Source: a bacterium (GTDB taxonomy: Bacteria > Patescibacteriota > Minisyncoccia > UBA6257 > UBA9933). Taken from it: a DNA stretch of 64,000 nucleotides. The stretch lies in contig JAJYHZ010000001.1 of NCBI GenBank assembly GCA_021796335.1, positions 80,360-144,359 of the forward strand, given 5' to 3'. Position 1 is the first letter of the stretch; each line of letters opens with the position of its first letter. The translations under genes and the position numbers were made by a program. The notes beneath the pieces were generated by a model. It was not told the origin of the DNA, made no database searches, and saw only the letters and a list, made by a program, of their open reading frames with translations. Positions 45,518 through 58,943 of this stretch are shown here, piece after piece.

Positions 45518-46195
45518 ATGAAAAAATCCTGGTTGGCAATCTTATTAGTCATTGTCTCCGTAATTATTATTTTTGGAACCACCTTTTTCTTTGATAAGAA
45601 TATTTTTGCCGCTCCGCTTAACATTATTCGAAATTATTCGCAGTCAGATCTTCTTCAGGAAAACGCCGACCTTAAAATGGAAAATGAAAACTTAAAAGCG
45701 CAAATTCAAAAAAATCAAGTTTTTTGCGCTTCGGAAAATAACCAAAATTCTAGCGCTATAATTGCACGGGTATATTCTACTTATCCGTTTAATTTTAAAA
45801 ATACTGTAACGATTAATAAAGGAAGCAAACAGGGAATAAATAAAGGAATGATTGCATACTGGGGCGACAATATTTTAATAGGTCAGGTTACGGATGTTTA
45901 TGATGATTATTCAGTCATTAAAACCGTTTTCGATCCAAATTGGCAACTGCCCGTAAAAATCGGCAATGATAAGATTAATGGATTATTCAAAGGAGGCAAT
46001 ACGCCTAAAATTACTTTAATTGAAAAACCGATTAATTCCGGAGATCCTGTTTTTACGGCTTCCAGCGATTTTCCGCTTGATTTGAAAATAGGGGAAATTC
46101 AAAATATAAAACAATCCGCCGGAGGCGTATTTGAAGAAGCGACTATAAAAACCCCTTATAACTTTAATGAGATTGAGGATATTTTTGTAAAATAA
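45518..46195 (+). CDS. mreC: rod shape-determining protein MreC
   Basis: N-terminal TM, coiled coil, C-terminal beta-domain; immediately after mreB. Confidence 0.6.
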   Translation: MKKSWLAILLVIVSVIIIFGTTFFFDKNIFAAPLNIIRNYSQSDLLQENADLKMENENLKAQIQKNQVFCASENNQNSSAIIARVYSTYPFNFKNTVTINKGSKQGINKGMIAYWGDNILIGQVTDVYDDYSVIKTVFDPNWQLPVKIGNDKINGLFKGGNTPKITLIEKPINSGDPVFTASSDFPLDLKIGEIQNIKQSAGGVFEEATIKTPYNFNEIEDIFVK

Positions 46196-46199
46196 AAAT

Positions 46200-46232
46200 C
46201 CGGCACTCCATCTGAAACAGACAAAGTGCCGG
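46200..46232. terminator. bidirectional terminator CCGGCACT...AGTGCCGG
   Basis: 8-bp stem between convergent genes mreC (+) and 46233..46736 (-). Confidence 0.55.
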
Positions 46233-46736
46233 TTAAAAAATTTCGTACCTCGCACGAATTTCCTCCGCCTCCTTTGGAGTGATATAGGAATTTTGAGCAT
46301 CGCCGTTTGAACCAACTTTTATTAGATGCGGTTCATACGGGAGTTTAACACTCATGAAAATTGCTTTGCCGCGAATTTTCTGATCGGTAAGTAAATCAGA
46401 AAAATAATCATCAAGAAATCTCTCGATTTTTTCCGCTTCTCCCCAAAACGGAAAATGCAGGGCAAGCAGGACATCATTTTGATGGATCGAATTAAGTAGA
46501 ATTGAGAGGACTATTTTTTGATTCTTATGGACTAATGCCGCGGGAGAAAATCGAGATGATCTTATAAATCTTTCTGTATCCACTCTCTTTAAAATAGGAT
46601 TTATCTGGCTGACTACTCTTTTTCGGATGTCTTGGTAAAGCTGTTGACTGACCTGAATTAATCCGCTTCCTTGTGATGGGAGTAGATATTGTTGATTATC
46701 GTCTCTTAAATTTATTCTTCGTTCTACTATAAACAA
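46233..46736 (-). CDS. hypothetical protein (167 aa)
   Basis: intact ORF. Confidence 0.4.
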   Translation of the reverse strand: MFIVERRINLRDDNQQYLLPSQGSGLIQVSQQLYQDIRKRVVSQINPILKRVDTERFIRSSRFSPAALVHKNQKIVLSILLNSIHQNDVLLALHFPFWGEAEKIERFLDDYFSDLLTDQKIRGKAIFMSVKLPYEPHLIKVGSNGDAQNSYITPKEAEEIRARYEIF

Positions 46737-46872
46737 TTCGTGCCACCTCCTTTCTGCTTTTTGTTTAATAGGTAAACTGCTACTTTATTAATAAAGTAAT
46801 CGCGTACAGCTGTCAAAGAAGATTTTGGGATAACATGTTGATAAAATAGCTTATTTCCAGGAGTTTTTAGGC

Positions 46873-46900
46873 TTGACAAATATATTCATATAATTATACT
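46873..46900 (+). promoter_or_regulatory. rRNA operon promoter TTGACA-16-TATACT
   Basis: consensus -35 and good -10 about 290 nt upstream of the 23S 5' end; no 16S gene between it and the 23S. Confidence 0.5.
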
Positions 46901-47189
46901 TAATCCTATGATAACTGTTGTAAAACGGAAGCGCGGATAAATCGGCAAATTTCGTGTTGGCCGGTTGTCCGCCACGAGGCGGATTTTTGTTTCTAAAAGA
47001 AACAACCCCGAGTAAAATCAAAGGGTTAATCCAAAATCAAAAACTGAAACGATAGTATTGACAGAATCATTGAAAATTTAATATTTATTCCATGCATAAC
47101 ATAAAATGTATGTGTGGAAGTCAACAATCATAACAAAATACAAATAAGAATTTTGTTTTCTGGGTAAAATAATCCCAAAAGAGGATTTC

Positions 47190-50365
<3,176 letters not shown>

Positions 50366-50467
50366 AAAATTTTCTTTTGGGTCTTTTACCCGGAAAGCAA
50401 AATTCTTATTTGTTTAGGTTTATCCAATACATAATTTATTATGCTGTTGGATTAAAATTTTCGTTTA

Positions 50468-50582
50468 CCGGTGTTTAACTCGGGTGTGGCCCACTGCTTC
50501 CCATTTCGAACAGAATAGTGAAAGCGCTTGAGCCTCATGATACTAACTGCTTCGGCGGTTGGGAAAGTAGGGTACGCCGGTA
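50468..50582 (+). rRNA. 5S ribosomal RNA
   Basis: CCCATTTCGAACAGAATAGTGAAA...GGGAAAGTAGG 5S-like blocks, about 115 nt, about 100 nt after the 23S. Confidence 0.8.
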
Positions 50583-50641
50583 TGCGAAAGTTTTAATCTG
50601 ATGCAAAAATCCTCAAACGGGAATTTTGTATTTTTGTTTTT

Positions 50642-50677
50642 AATCGTATATCTTGACGATCGTCAAGATATACGATT
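50642..50677. repeat. 36-bp perfect palindrome (copy 2), 60 nt after the 5S
   Basis: identical to 13707..13742 including 4-5 nt of flank on each side. Confidence 0.9.
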
Positions 50678-50980
50678 ATTTAATTAATCTATAAACCCCA
50701 GGTGTAACCGGGGCGTGCCATATAATTGATTTCAATCTCCATAATAATACTTTATGCTGCGAACAAATTTATATAATTTAGATAAAATAATTCATTAATT
50801 ATCACAGAATAGCCGGCGATAAAGCCGGCAAAAACAATGCCATCGGACGGTCAGTCTGATGGCCGTTTACTTTAACAAGGAAAAAACCAAGAGAAATATA
50901 AATCCTGTTGTTAACGGGACTTTTTTAATTTAGAAATATTTTTTATACTTATATAAATTTGCAATTTTCAATCTGCAATC

Positions 50981-52042
50981 TTGCAATTAAAAATCATGGA
51001 AAAAAGAAAAATAAAGCAAATTATTTTTGGAATCGTCTTTATAATTACTATTATTTTGATTATTGCCGGAATATACTTTTTACTGTTCCGTTCCGGTCCA
51101 AGCTGCTTTAATAATTATCAGGATCAGGGCGAAACCGGCATAGATTGCGGCGGTCCCTGCGCTCCGTGCGAAATTAAAAATGCACAATCTCTGGAGGCAA
51201 CTCAAATCGGCCAGTTGTCGGGCGGACCAGATAAAACTGTTTTGGTTTTCCAGATAACAAACCCAAATAATTTGGTTGGTGTCGGCGATTTTACTTATAC
51301 TTTGGATATTTATGACAAATCAAATAATAGTAAAATAAACTCAACCTTCGATCATTCTTTTATCTATCCGAGTGAAGTAAAGTATCTGATTAAAGTTGTT
51401 GATATCGATTCAAGCAAGATCGGAAAAGTTAATATTAATTTTGAAAACTTGAATTGGCAGCTTGCGGGCGATTTTAAAGAACCAGATGTTGTTTCTAAAA
51501 ATTTCCAGACCGATATTTACAATTCTCAGGAAAATACAATTCCATCCGCCGACTTTACCCGTGATTTGTTTATTGGCATAAAAGGAAGCGATGTTACTGA
51601 TCTTCAGGCCTATTTAAAAAAACAGGGATTTTACAATGGCAGTACATCAACTTCATTCACTTACGCCTTAAAATCCGCATTAATTAAATACCAAAAAGCT
51701 AAATCGCTTAAGCCTGCCAATGGTTATTTTGGGGGAGTCACCAGAAATTATATGAATACACAAATTGATTCAGTGCGAAACTCTATTTCCAGTACTGCCG
51801 ATATCTATCCAATTACAATTAGCGGCGTTGCAAAAAATAACGATGTCGTTTCAGCTTCAAAATCAATTGTTAGCGGCTTGATTTTCAGCGATTCCGGAAC
51901 CTTGATTGGCGCTTCCCAAACCGAACTGGATAATATTAATCCCGCAGAAGAAATTTCATTTAAATTAGTTTTTCCGAATACGATTAATATTCAGGCAGTT
52001 AATCAAAATCTTACCAAAGTTTACATAGATTCAATCCGCTGA
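50981..52042 (+). CDS. secreted protein with peptidoglycan-binding domain
   Basis: N-terminal TM/signal anchor; DLQAYLKKQGFYNGSTSTSFTYALKSALIKYQKAKSLKPANGYFG matches the PG_binding_1 pattern. Confidence 0.5.
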   Translation: MQLKIMEKRKIKQIIFGIVFIITIILIIAGIYFLLFRSGPSCFNNYQDQGETGIDCGGPCAPCEIKNAQSLEATQIGQLSGGPDKTVLVFQITNPNNLVGVGDFTYTLDIYDKSNNSKINSTFDHSFIYPSEVKYLIKVVDIDSSKIGKVNINFENLNWQLAGDFKEPDVVSKNFQTDIYNSQENTIPSADFTRDLFIGIKGSDVTDLQAYLKKQGFYNGSTSTSFTYALKSALIKYQKAKSLKPANGYFGGVTRNYMNTQIDSVRNSISSTADIYPITISGVAKNNDVVSASKSIVSGLIFSDSGTLIGASQTELDNINPAEEISFKLVFPNTINIQAVNQNLTKVYIDSIR

Positions 52043-52112
52043 TTGACTTTTATTCGACAAATAATTATTCTCTTAAAAGCACAAATTTCTATTTTGCAAG
52101 GAGGAGAAATTA

Positions 52113-52454
52113 ATGCTGTTCGATCCGTTTGAAATTCCTCAAAGGATGTATGATCTTCTGAAGAAGGGATTGGGGATAGAAACTCCGGCTGGAAATATGG
52201 ATTATATCGATCCTGGTAAAACAGATGGGGCAAAGGGAATTTTACTTTTGTCGGGCATTGGAATAAATATGCCCGAAATAAGGATATGTGAAATCGAGGA
52301 TCTTAAAACCATAGACTACTCGATTCGCATAACTGTGATAAAAGGGCGCATAAATTTTTATAAAATAAAAAATACGCCCCTATCCATCGCAGTGGAAGAG
52401 GTTTTTAATGGTCTTATTCAATCAACAATGGGGAAACCCGAAAGAATAAAATAG
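52113..52454 (+). CDS. hypothetical protein (113 aa)
   Basis: SD AAGGAGGAG before ATG. Confidence 0.45.
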   Translation: MLFDPFEIPQRMYDLLKKGLGIETPAGNMDYIDPGKTDGAKGILLLSGIGINMPEIRICEIEDLKTIDYSIRITVIKGRINFYKIKNTPLSIAVEEVFNGLIQSTMGKPERIK

Positions 52455-52588
52455 TTTTTCTGAAGTATTTCCGGGGCCATTCAGGCCCCTTTTATTTGCC
52501 CTAAAAGATTTTTCTGTTATATTGTATTTATTCTTAATAATTTTCTGGATTACAAACTCTAATTTCCTAATCACCAATAACTATTTTT

Positions 52589-54769
52589 ATGAATGATATT
52601 TTTAACGGACCCTATGACCCCAAGTCCGTTGAAGAAAAAATTTATAAGCAATGGGAAGAATCCGGCTATTTTAATCCGGATAATTTACCGACTAAAAAAT
52701 CTGCTAAGCCGTTCACAATAATTATGCCTCCGCCGAATGCTAATGGCTCTCTTCATCTTGGCCACGTTATTCCGATTACCTTGGAAGATATAATGATTCG
52801 CTATAAAAGAATGAAAGGGTTTAAAACTTTGTGGCTTCCAGGTGCTGACCACGCGGGTTTTGAAACTCAGGTTGTCTACGAAAAAAAATTGGAAAAAGAA
52901 GGACGAAGCAGATTTAAAATTCACCCTGAGCAGCTTTGGCAGGAAATTTGGGATTTCACTCAACACAATAAGAAAACAATGGAAAATCAAGTACGCCGGC
53001 TTGGCGCTTCCTGTGATTGGTCAAGGGAAAAATTTACGCTTGATCCCGATATTATTTCCAAAACGCAAGATACTTTTATTCAAATGCACAAAGACGGCTT
53101 GATTTATCGCGGCGAGCGCTTGGTAAATTGGTGCACAAAGCATCAAACCGGACTTTCAGATTTAGAAGTTAATTATGAAACAAGAAAGGATCCGTTGTAT
53201 TATATAAAATATGGGCCATTTACATTAGCTACGGTAAGACCGGAAACAAAGTTCGGCGATACCGCATTAGCTGTTAACTCGAAAGATAAAAGATATAAAA
53301 AATATATTGGGAAAGAATTTGAGGTAGAAAGCATTATTGGAAAGACAAAAATAAAAGTTATTGGAGATGATGCTATCGACCCTAAATTTGGAACTGGTGT
53401 AGTTAAGGTTACTCCTGCTCATGATCAAACAGATTTCGAAATTTGGCAAAGACATAAGGATGAAATTCCCGGTCCGAGGGAAATCATAAATAAGTTTGGT
53501 AAAATGGATTTAATAAGGCACTTTCCCGACAGCGACGAAGCGAAAAAATATGAAGGTCTGAAAATTAATGAGGCAAGGAAATTGATTGTGGAAGACATGC
53601 AAAAAAGAGGTTTAATCGAAAAAATTGATAATACTTATGAGCATGAAGTTGGTGTTTGTTATAAATGCGGGACCATAATAGAACCGCGATTAATGGCGCA
53701 ATGGTTTGTGAAAATGAAACCATTGGCAAGACCGGCTATAGACATTGTCAAAAAAAACAAAATCAAATTTATTCCGGTCAGATTAAAAAAAATCTATTTT
53801 CACTGGCTTAAAAATATTCGAGACTGGAATATTTCCCGTCAAATTGTTTGGGGCATTCAAATTCCCGCCTGGCAATGCCAGGAATGCGGCGAATGGATAA
53901 TTTTGAAAGAAAAACCTTTAAAATGCTCAAAATGTAAAACGTCTAAAATCGAAAGAGATCCCGAAGTATTCGATACATGGTTTTCTTCTGGTCAATGGCC
54001 ATTTTTAACTCTTGGATATCCGAATGAAAAGGATTACAAAAATTTTTATCCAACCAGCGTAATGGAAACTGCGGCGGATATTTTGCCATTTTGGGTTATG
54101 AGAATGATAGTTATCGGATTATACCGCACAAAAAAAATCCCATTTAGACATGTTTATTTCAATGGCTTAATTCGTGATAAGAAGGGGCAAAAAATGTCTA
54201 AATCAAAAGGAAATGTTGTAAATCCTTTAGATATTATCGAATTATATGGAACAGACGCTTTGCGAATGAGTGTGATAATAGGCAATACTCCCGGCAACGA
54301 TTTGAATTTTTTCGAAGATAAAGTCAGGGGATACAGAAACTTCGCCAATAAAATCTGGCAGGCCAGCCGCTTTGTTTTAATGAACGCAGAGACTTTTAAA
54401 TATTCCACGAGTTTGTCGAAGAAAATAAAAATGACTGCTTCCGATAGAAAGAGATTAAAGGAGCTAGAATCTCTAAAGAAAAAAGTTACAAAACAAATGG
54501 ATACATTTAAATTCCATTTGGCTGCCGAAGAACTTTACCATTATTTTTGGCACACTTTTGCGGATAAAATAATTGAAGAAAATAAAAATCGCTTAAAAGA
54601 AGAAACAATGAAGAGTGCAGAAGATCGCACAGCTGCTCAATATTTGCTTTTACAAATTTTAACTGAATCAATTAAATTACTTCATCCATTTATGCCTTTT
54701 ATTACAGAAGAAATTTATCAGAATCTGCCGACTAAAGGAATGGAATTTCTGATGGTTAACAAATGGTAA
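52589..54769 (+). CDS. valS: valine--tRNA ligase, short form (726 aa)
   Basis: HIGH region PPPNANGSLHLGH (ValRS-type PPPN), KMSKSKGN, DTWFSSGQWPF. Confidence 0.7.
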   Translation: MNDIFNGPYDPKSVEEKIYKQWEESGYFNPDNLPTKKSAKPFTIIMPPPNANGSLHLGHVIPITLEDIMIRYKRMKGFKTLWLPGADHAGFETQVVYEKKLEKEGRSRFKIHPEQLWQEIWDFTQHNKKTMENQVRRLGASCDWSREKFTLDPDIISKTQDTFIQMHKDGLIYRGERLVNWCTKHQTGLSDLEVNYETRKDPLYYIKYGPFTLATVRPETKFGDTALAVNSKDKRYKKYIGKEFEVESIIGKTKIKVIGDDAIDPKFGTGVVKVTPAHDQTDFEIWQRHKDEIPGPREIINKFGKMDLIRHFPDSDEAKKYEGLKINEARKLIVEDMQKRGLIEKIDNTYEHEVGVCYKCGTIIEPRLMAQWFVKMKPLARPAIDIVKKNKIKFIPVRLKKIYFHWLKNIRDWNISRQIVWGIQIPAWQCQECGEWIILKEKPLKCSKCKTSKIERDPEVFDTWFSSGQWPFLTLGYPNEKDYKNFYPTSVMETAADILPFWVMRMIVIGLYRTKKIPFRHVYFNGLIRDKKGQKMSKSKGNVVNPLDIIELYGTDALRMSVIIGNTPGNDLNFFEDKVRGYRNFANKIWQASRFVLMNAETFKYSTSLSKKIKMTASDRKRLKELESLKKKVTKQMDTFKFHLAAEELYHYFWHTFADKIIEENKNRLKEETMKSAEDRTAAQYLLLQILTESIKLLHPFMPFITEEIYQNLPTKGMEFLMVNKW

Positions 54770-54856
54770 TAAAAATTGATTTATTTTTGGAAATTGCCAA
54801 GATATAAATTGCAGGTTATAATTATATAAATATCTTACTTTTTAAAGGAGGATGAG

Positions 54857-55003
54857 GTGTTGATTGATTATTCTTTTTTCGCAGTTATTTTAAATTTATA
54901 TAATTGGGAATTATGGAGCTGGAATCATTTAGCGCTTATGAGCGCTGCAATTATTGCGGTTGCAGTACTGATAACAATTATAATGTTTTTCATTAAATCT
55001 TAA
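54857..55003 (+). CDS. small hydrophobic protein (48 aa, GTG start), not in ORF track
   Basis: SD AAAGGAGGATGAGG 4 nt before GTG; single TM-like segment; terminator hairpin CCCCGTATTTACGGGG follows. Confidence 0.35.
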   Translation: MLIDYSFFAVILNLYNWELWSWNHLALMSAAIIAVAVLITIIMFFIKS

Positions 55004-55069
55004 TTTATCTCCAACCCCGTATTTACGGGGATTTCTTTTTAAACGAAACAATATATTATATTTTATAAT

Positions 55070-55750
55070 ATGCAGGCCATAATTTTAGCCGCGGGCAAAG
55101 GAATAAGAATGCGGCCTTTAACTAAAAATGTTCCGAAACCGATGCTAAAAATTGATAATCGGCCTATTTTAGAACATACGATTAACGCCCTTCCCGAAGA
55201 AATCAATGAAATTATCATTGTTATAGGATATCTGGGCAATAAAATTAAAAATTATTTTGGTAAAAAATATAAAAACAGGAGAATTAAATATGTTGTCCAA
55301 AAAGATTTGAATGGCAGCGGTGAGGCGCTCTGGTGCGCCAAAAAATATTTAAAGGGAAAATTTCTGATTTTAGCAGCGGATGATTTGTATTATAAAAACG
55401 ATTTACGAAAATTAATTAAATATAATCTGGCGATCCTGGCCCACAGAGCGAAAAATGCCAGTCGGTTCGGAGTCTTAAAAGTTGATAAAAATAGAAACTT
55501 AAGGAGTTTTGAGGAAAAGCCTCAGGGGGTTAAAAATAAACTAGTAAATACGGGTGTGTATATGATGGACAAAAGAATTTTTAATTATGATTTAATAAAA
55601 GTGAGAGAAGAATTTCTTCTTCCGCAAACCATTTTTGAAATGTCAAAAGATTTTCCAATAAAAATAGTAAAAGCCGAAAAATGGTTTCCCATTGGCTATC
55701 CGGAAGATCTAAAAAGGGCTGATAAAATTATAGGCAAATTCAGAAACTGA
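55070..55750 (+). CDS. sugar-phosphate nucleotidyltransferase
   Basis: N-terminal ILAAGKGIRMRPLT (GxGxR) nucleotidyltransferase signature. Confidence 0.7.
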   Translation: MQAIILAAGKGIRMRPLTKNVPKPMLKIDNRPILEHTINALPEEINEIIIVIGYLGNKIKNYFGKKYKNRRIKYVVQKDLNGSGEALWCAKKYLKGKFLILAADDLYYKNDLRKLIKYNLAILAHRAKNASRFGVLKVDKNRNLRSFEEKPQGVKNKLVNTGVYMMDKRIFNYDLIKVREEFLLPQTIFEMSKDFPIKIVKAEKWFPIGYPEDLKRADKIIGKFRN

Positions 55751-55904
55751 TTTTTTGCGAAAAAATTATTAAACAATTATAATTTTACTATTGGGTTATA
55801 TTGTGTCATCCTGAATTTGTGCACTCTATAATGACACGCCAAGCGTGACTATTGCTGAGTTTTAGGATTTAAAGATTCCGAAATGAATTCTGAATGAAAA
55901 AGCT

Positions 55905-56627
55905 ATGAAAAAAATTATTTCATTTAACTGGAAAATGATGCCCTTGACGCAGAAAGAGGCGAATGATTTATTATCTGTTATCAGTACTGATAACAGTGTT
56001 ATAATATTCCCGCCTTTTGTTTATTTATCAGAAATTGCCGGCCTTAAAGATAAGACCAAAATTAAATTAGGCGCACAGGATGTCTTTTATAAAAATAAAG
56101 GCGCCTATACGGGGGAAATTTCTCCTAAAATACTGAAGAATCTAGGAGTCGATTATGTAATTATCGGCCATTCAGAAAGGCGGAGATACTTCGGTGAAAC
56201 GGACGAAATAATAAATAAAAAAATAAGAGCCGCGCTAAAAAATAAATTAAAAGTTATTTTATGTGTGGGTGAGGATTTATCAATCCGTAAAAAAGGCCAG
56301 AAGGCAGTTGAACAATTTATTGGTAATCAATTAAAAGATGATTTAAAGAATGTTCCTCGTAACTCCGCGCTAATCGCGGCCTATGAGCCAATCTGGGCAA
56401 TCGGAACAGGGCATAATGATACGCCAGCTGATGCAGTTAAAATTTCGAGATTTATTAAACAGCTAATAACCAAAAACTATAAACTAAAAACTATGGTTTT
56501 ATATGGCGGTTCCGTCGATGGTAAAAATATTATAAAATTTATAAATCATCCGGAGATTGACGGCGCTTTGATCGGCCACGCCAGCGTGGATAAAAAAGAA
56601 GTTAAAAAAATAATATCTCAAATCTAA
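55905..56627 (+). CDS. tpiA: triosephosphate isomerase
   Basis: IIGHSERR and AYEPIWAIGTG catalytic motifs. Confidence 0.9.
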   Translation: MKKIISFNWKMMPLTQKEANDLLSVISTDNSVIIFPPFVYLSEIAGLKDKTKIKLGAQDVFYKNKGAYTGEISPKILKNLGVDYVIIGHSERRRYFGETDEIINKKIRAALKNKLKVILCVGEDLSIRKKGQKAVEQFIGNQLKDDLKNVPRNSALIAAYEPIWAIGTGHNDTPADAVKISRFIKQLITKNYKLKTMVLYGGSVDGKNIIKFINHPEIDGALIGHASVDKKEVKKIISQI

Positions 56628-56653
56628 TTACTAATTACTAATAACTTTTTTCT

Positions 56654-57208
56654 ATGAATTCATTCGACATCTCCGTTTTTAATTTTTTTTATCAGTTTAC
56701 AAGTACAAAAATCATTGGTTATCTAAGTATTTTTTTTGCCGAGTATTTTCCGTTTATAATCGGCTTTATTTTAATAATTCTTATAATTAAAACGAAAGAT
56801 TGGCGTCAGAGGTTTTATTTTTTTTCATTTACGGCGCTTTCGGCTCTTCTGGGAAGGGGAATTATCGCCGAAACAATCAGAACCTTTTATGATAGGTTGC
56901 GGCCATTTGTGGTTCTGCACCTTACTCCATTGATAAATGTGCCGCCTACCGAGCCGTCTTTCCCTTCGGGTCATGCCACGTTTTATTTCGCTCTGGTTTT
57001 GCCGGCATTCTATATCAGTAAAAAATGGGGATGGATATTTTTAATTTCCGCAATTTTTATAAGCATTGCCAGAATTGCGGTAGGAGTGCATTGGCCGACC
57101 GATATTTTGGCCGGTGCCGCAATCGGATATTTAAGTTCTTTGTTTATTAAACGCATTTTACCTGAAACCAAAAAAAATAGCCCCATCACATCCGGCGACG
57201 GGGCATAA
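56654..57208 (+). CDS. PAP2 family phosphatase (undecaprenyl-diphosphatase-like)
   Basis: KxxxxxxRP / PSGH / SRxxxxxHxxxD motifs (RLRPF, SFPSGHAT, ARIAVGVHWPTD). Confidence 0.75.
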   Translation: MNSFDISVFNFFYQFTSTKIIGYLSIFFAEYFPFIIGFILIILIIKTKDWRQRFYFFSFTALSALLGRGIIAETIRTFYDRLRPFVVLHLTPLINVPPTEPSFPSGHATFYFALVLPAFYISKKWGWIFLISAIFISIARIAVGVHWPTDILAGAAIGYLSSLFIKRILPETKKNSPITSGDGA

Positions 57209-57238
57209 GCGATTTTCCCCCTTCTCATTTATCCCTCC

Positions 57239-57490
57239 TTACGCGGCAGCCTTTTTCTGGTGTTTTCTGATAATTTCCGCAATTCGATCTTTTGCAACGT
57301 TCCGTGCCGTCATTCTTTCATAGACTTCTTCCAGAAGTCCCCGTATTTCGGCGCGATCCGTTGCGGACAGGGACAGTCGTTTTAGGTCCAGAATTTCTAA
57401 AAGCTGCTTTTCAGAGTCGGAGGAAGGAGGAGAAGCTTCTTTTTTCCACAGTGCATAAAGGAAATCCGATAAAGCCGATTCCTTTATCAT
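57239..57490 (-). CDS. hypothetical protein (83 aa)
   Basis: intact ORF. Confidence 0.35.
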   Translation of the reverse strand: MIKESALSDFLYALWKKEASPPSSDSEKQLLEILDLKRLSLSATDRAEIRGLLEEVYERMTARNVAKDRIAEIIRKHQKKAAA

Positions 57491-57600
57491 ATAATCTACC
57501 CCCTTTCTTTTACATATTTGAGATTAAATCCTGCTAACATAAATTATATCAGGTTTTTTAAAATTTGCCAGTCATATTTAATTTGGTAAAATTAATGTAA

Positions 57601-57879
57601 ATGACAGCCTTGAAAGATAAAATCAAACAGGACGGATCGGAAATAAGAAAAGAGCTTAGAAGCAAAACCCTGGGATATATCGGAACGGCCCTTGGTCTAG
57701 TCGCGGGTTTGGCCTGGAATCAAGCCGTCCAATCTTTTATTCAGAAATATTTTCCGATGGATAAACATGGCGTTTTGGCGCAATTTGTCTATGCCATAGG
57801 AGTTACCTTTATTATTGTAATCGTGCTCTATCTTTTAACCAAATTTTTAACCCAAAAAGGAGATGAGAATCAAGACTAA
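57601..57879 (+). CDS. hypothetical small membrane protein (92 aa)
   Basis: two hydrophobic helices. Confidence 0.4.
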   Translation: MTALKDKIKQDGSEIRKELRSKTLGYIGTALGLVAGLAWNQAVQSFIQKYFPMDKHGVLAQFVYAIGVTFIIVIVLYLLTKFLTQKGDENQD

Positions 57880-57887
57880 AATAAACA

Positions 57888-58109
57888 ATGCGCATTTACG
57901 TAAAAGTCAAAACAAATTCAAAAAAGGAAACAATTGAAAAAATTGATGATTCAACTTTTACTGTTCGCGTCAAAGAGCCGCCGTTTGAGGGAAAAGCCAA
58001 TAGGGCGATTATAAAATTAATCGCTGAATATTTCGGCGTGCCGCAATCAAGGGTTTCAATAATAATCGGTCATACTTCCGGTAATAAAATAATTGAGATT
58101 GGCGATTAA
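57888..58109 (+). CDS. DUF167 (YggU/UPF0235) family protein
   Basis: MRIYVKVKTNSKKETIEK...FEGKANRAIIKLIAEYFGV pattern. Confidence 0.6.
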   Translation: MRIYVKVKTNSKKETIEKIDDSTFTVRVKEPPFEGKANRAIIKLIAEYFGVPQSRVSIIIGHTSGNKIIEIGD

Positions 58110-58882
58110 ACGAACTTAAGCCAGCGGAAAACCGAAGAAAGGACGAATATCAAAGCTCCGGATAAAATAAACAGCGGTCCGGGAGTTAGATTAAGCGTAT
58201 AAGAAAGATAAGTCCCGGAAATTGCGGAAATAACTCCGAAAACAACGCTCCAAACCATAAATTCGGACAAGCTTTTTGATACGTTTTTCGCCGAAGCAGC
58301 CGGGATTATCACAAGCGCTCCCATGAGCAATGCTCCCACAAACCTGATTCCTATGGCGACAGCAACCGCAAAAATAAATAAATAAACGAAATCCAATTTT
58401 TTGTTGTCAATGCCGACGGAATGCGAAAGCTCGTCCGAAACCATATTCAAGGCAAGTTTTTTATAAATAATCAAAATCGCAACAAGTAGAATTAATGAAA
58501 AAATAATCGAAATAATCGACTGTGAAATTGTAATAGTCGAAATATCTCCGAACATTGCTTCTAATAAATCCTGCTGAGGAATCAAAAGCACTCCCAGTGC
58601 CAGGCTCGACGTGAAAAAAATCCCAACCAAGGCGTCAATCGGAACCCTGGTTCTGTATTTCAAAAACCAAATTCCCGTTATCGCCATAAAGAGAAAAATA
58701 AAAGCTCCGATAAAAGGATCAAAGTGCAATAAAATTCCGATCGCCAAACCGGGCAATGCCACATGTGAAAGGGCGTCGCCGACCAAAGACATTCTTTTTA
58801 GCACGACAAAGCTACCTAGCAGGCTCGCGCTGATTGAAACAAATATTGCGGTTATTAGTACTAGCAAAAAATGTGTTTCCAT
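58106..58882 (-). CDS. metal (Zn/Mn) ABC transporter permease
   Basis: ABC-3 family topology and conserved DALSHVALPG region. Confidence 0.7.
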   Translation of the reverse strand: METHFLLVLITAIFVSISASLLGSFVVLKRMSLVGDALSHVALPGLAIGILLHFDPFIGAFIFLFMAITGIWFLKYRTRVPIDALVGIFFTSSLALGVLLIPQQDLLEAMFGDISTITISQSIISIIFSLILLVAILIIYKKLALNMVSDELSHSVGIDNKKLDFVYLFIFAVAVAIGIRFVGALLMGALVIIPAASAKNVSKSLSEFMVWSVVFGVISAISGTYLSYTLNLTPGPLFILSGALIFVLSSVFRWLKFV

Positions 58883-58943
58883 TTCGAATTTGAATTTAAT
58901 ATTTAAGATTTAGGGAACTTACTCTAATTTTATATCTTATATT

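Noticed and set aside
50583-50980. Possible RNase P RNA after the 5S (ACAGAATAGCCGGC...ATCGGACGGTCAGTCT resembles the M1 RNA 3' end ACAGAACCCGGCUUAUCGGUCAGU)
   Set aside because: The universally conserved P4 strand GGAAAGUCCGG and the GGUGAAA/GGUGCGGUAAG blocks are absent on either strand. The resemblance is explained by a simple GCCGGC hairpin.
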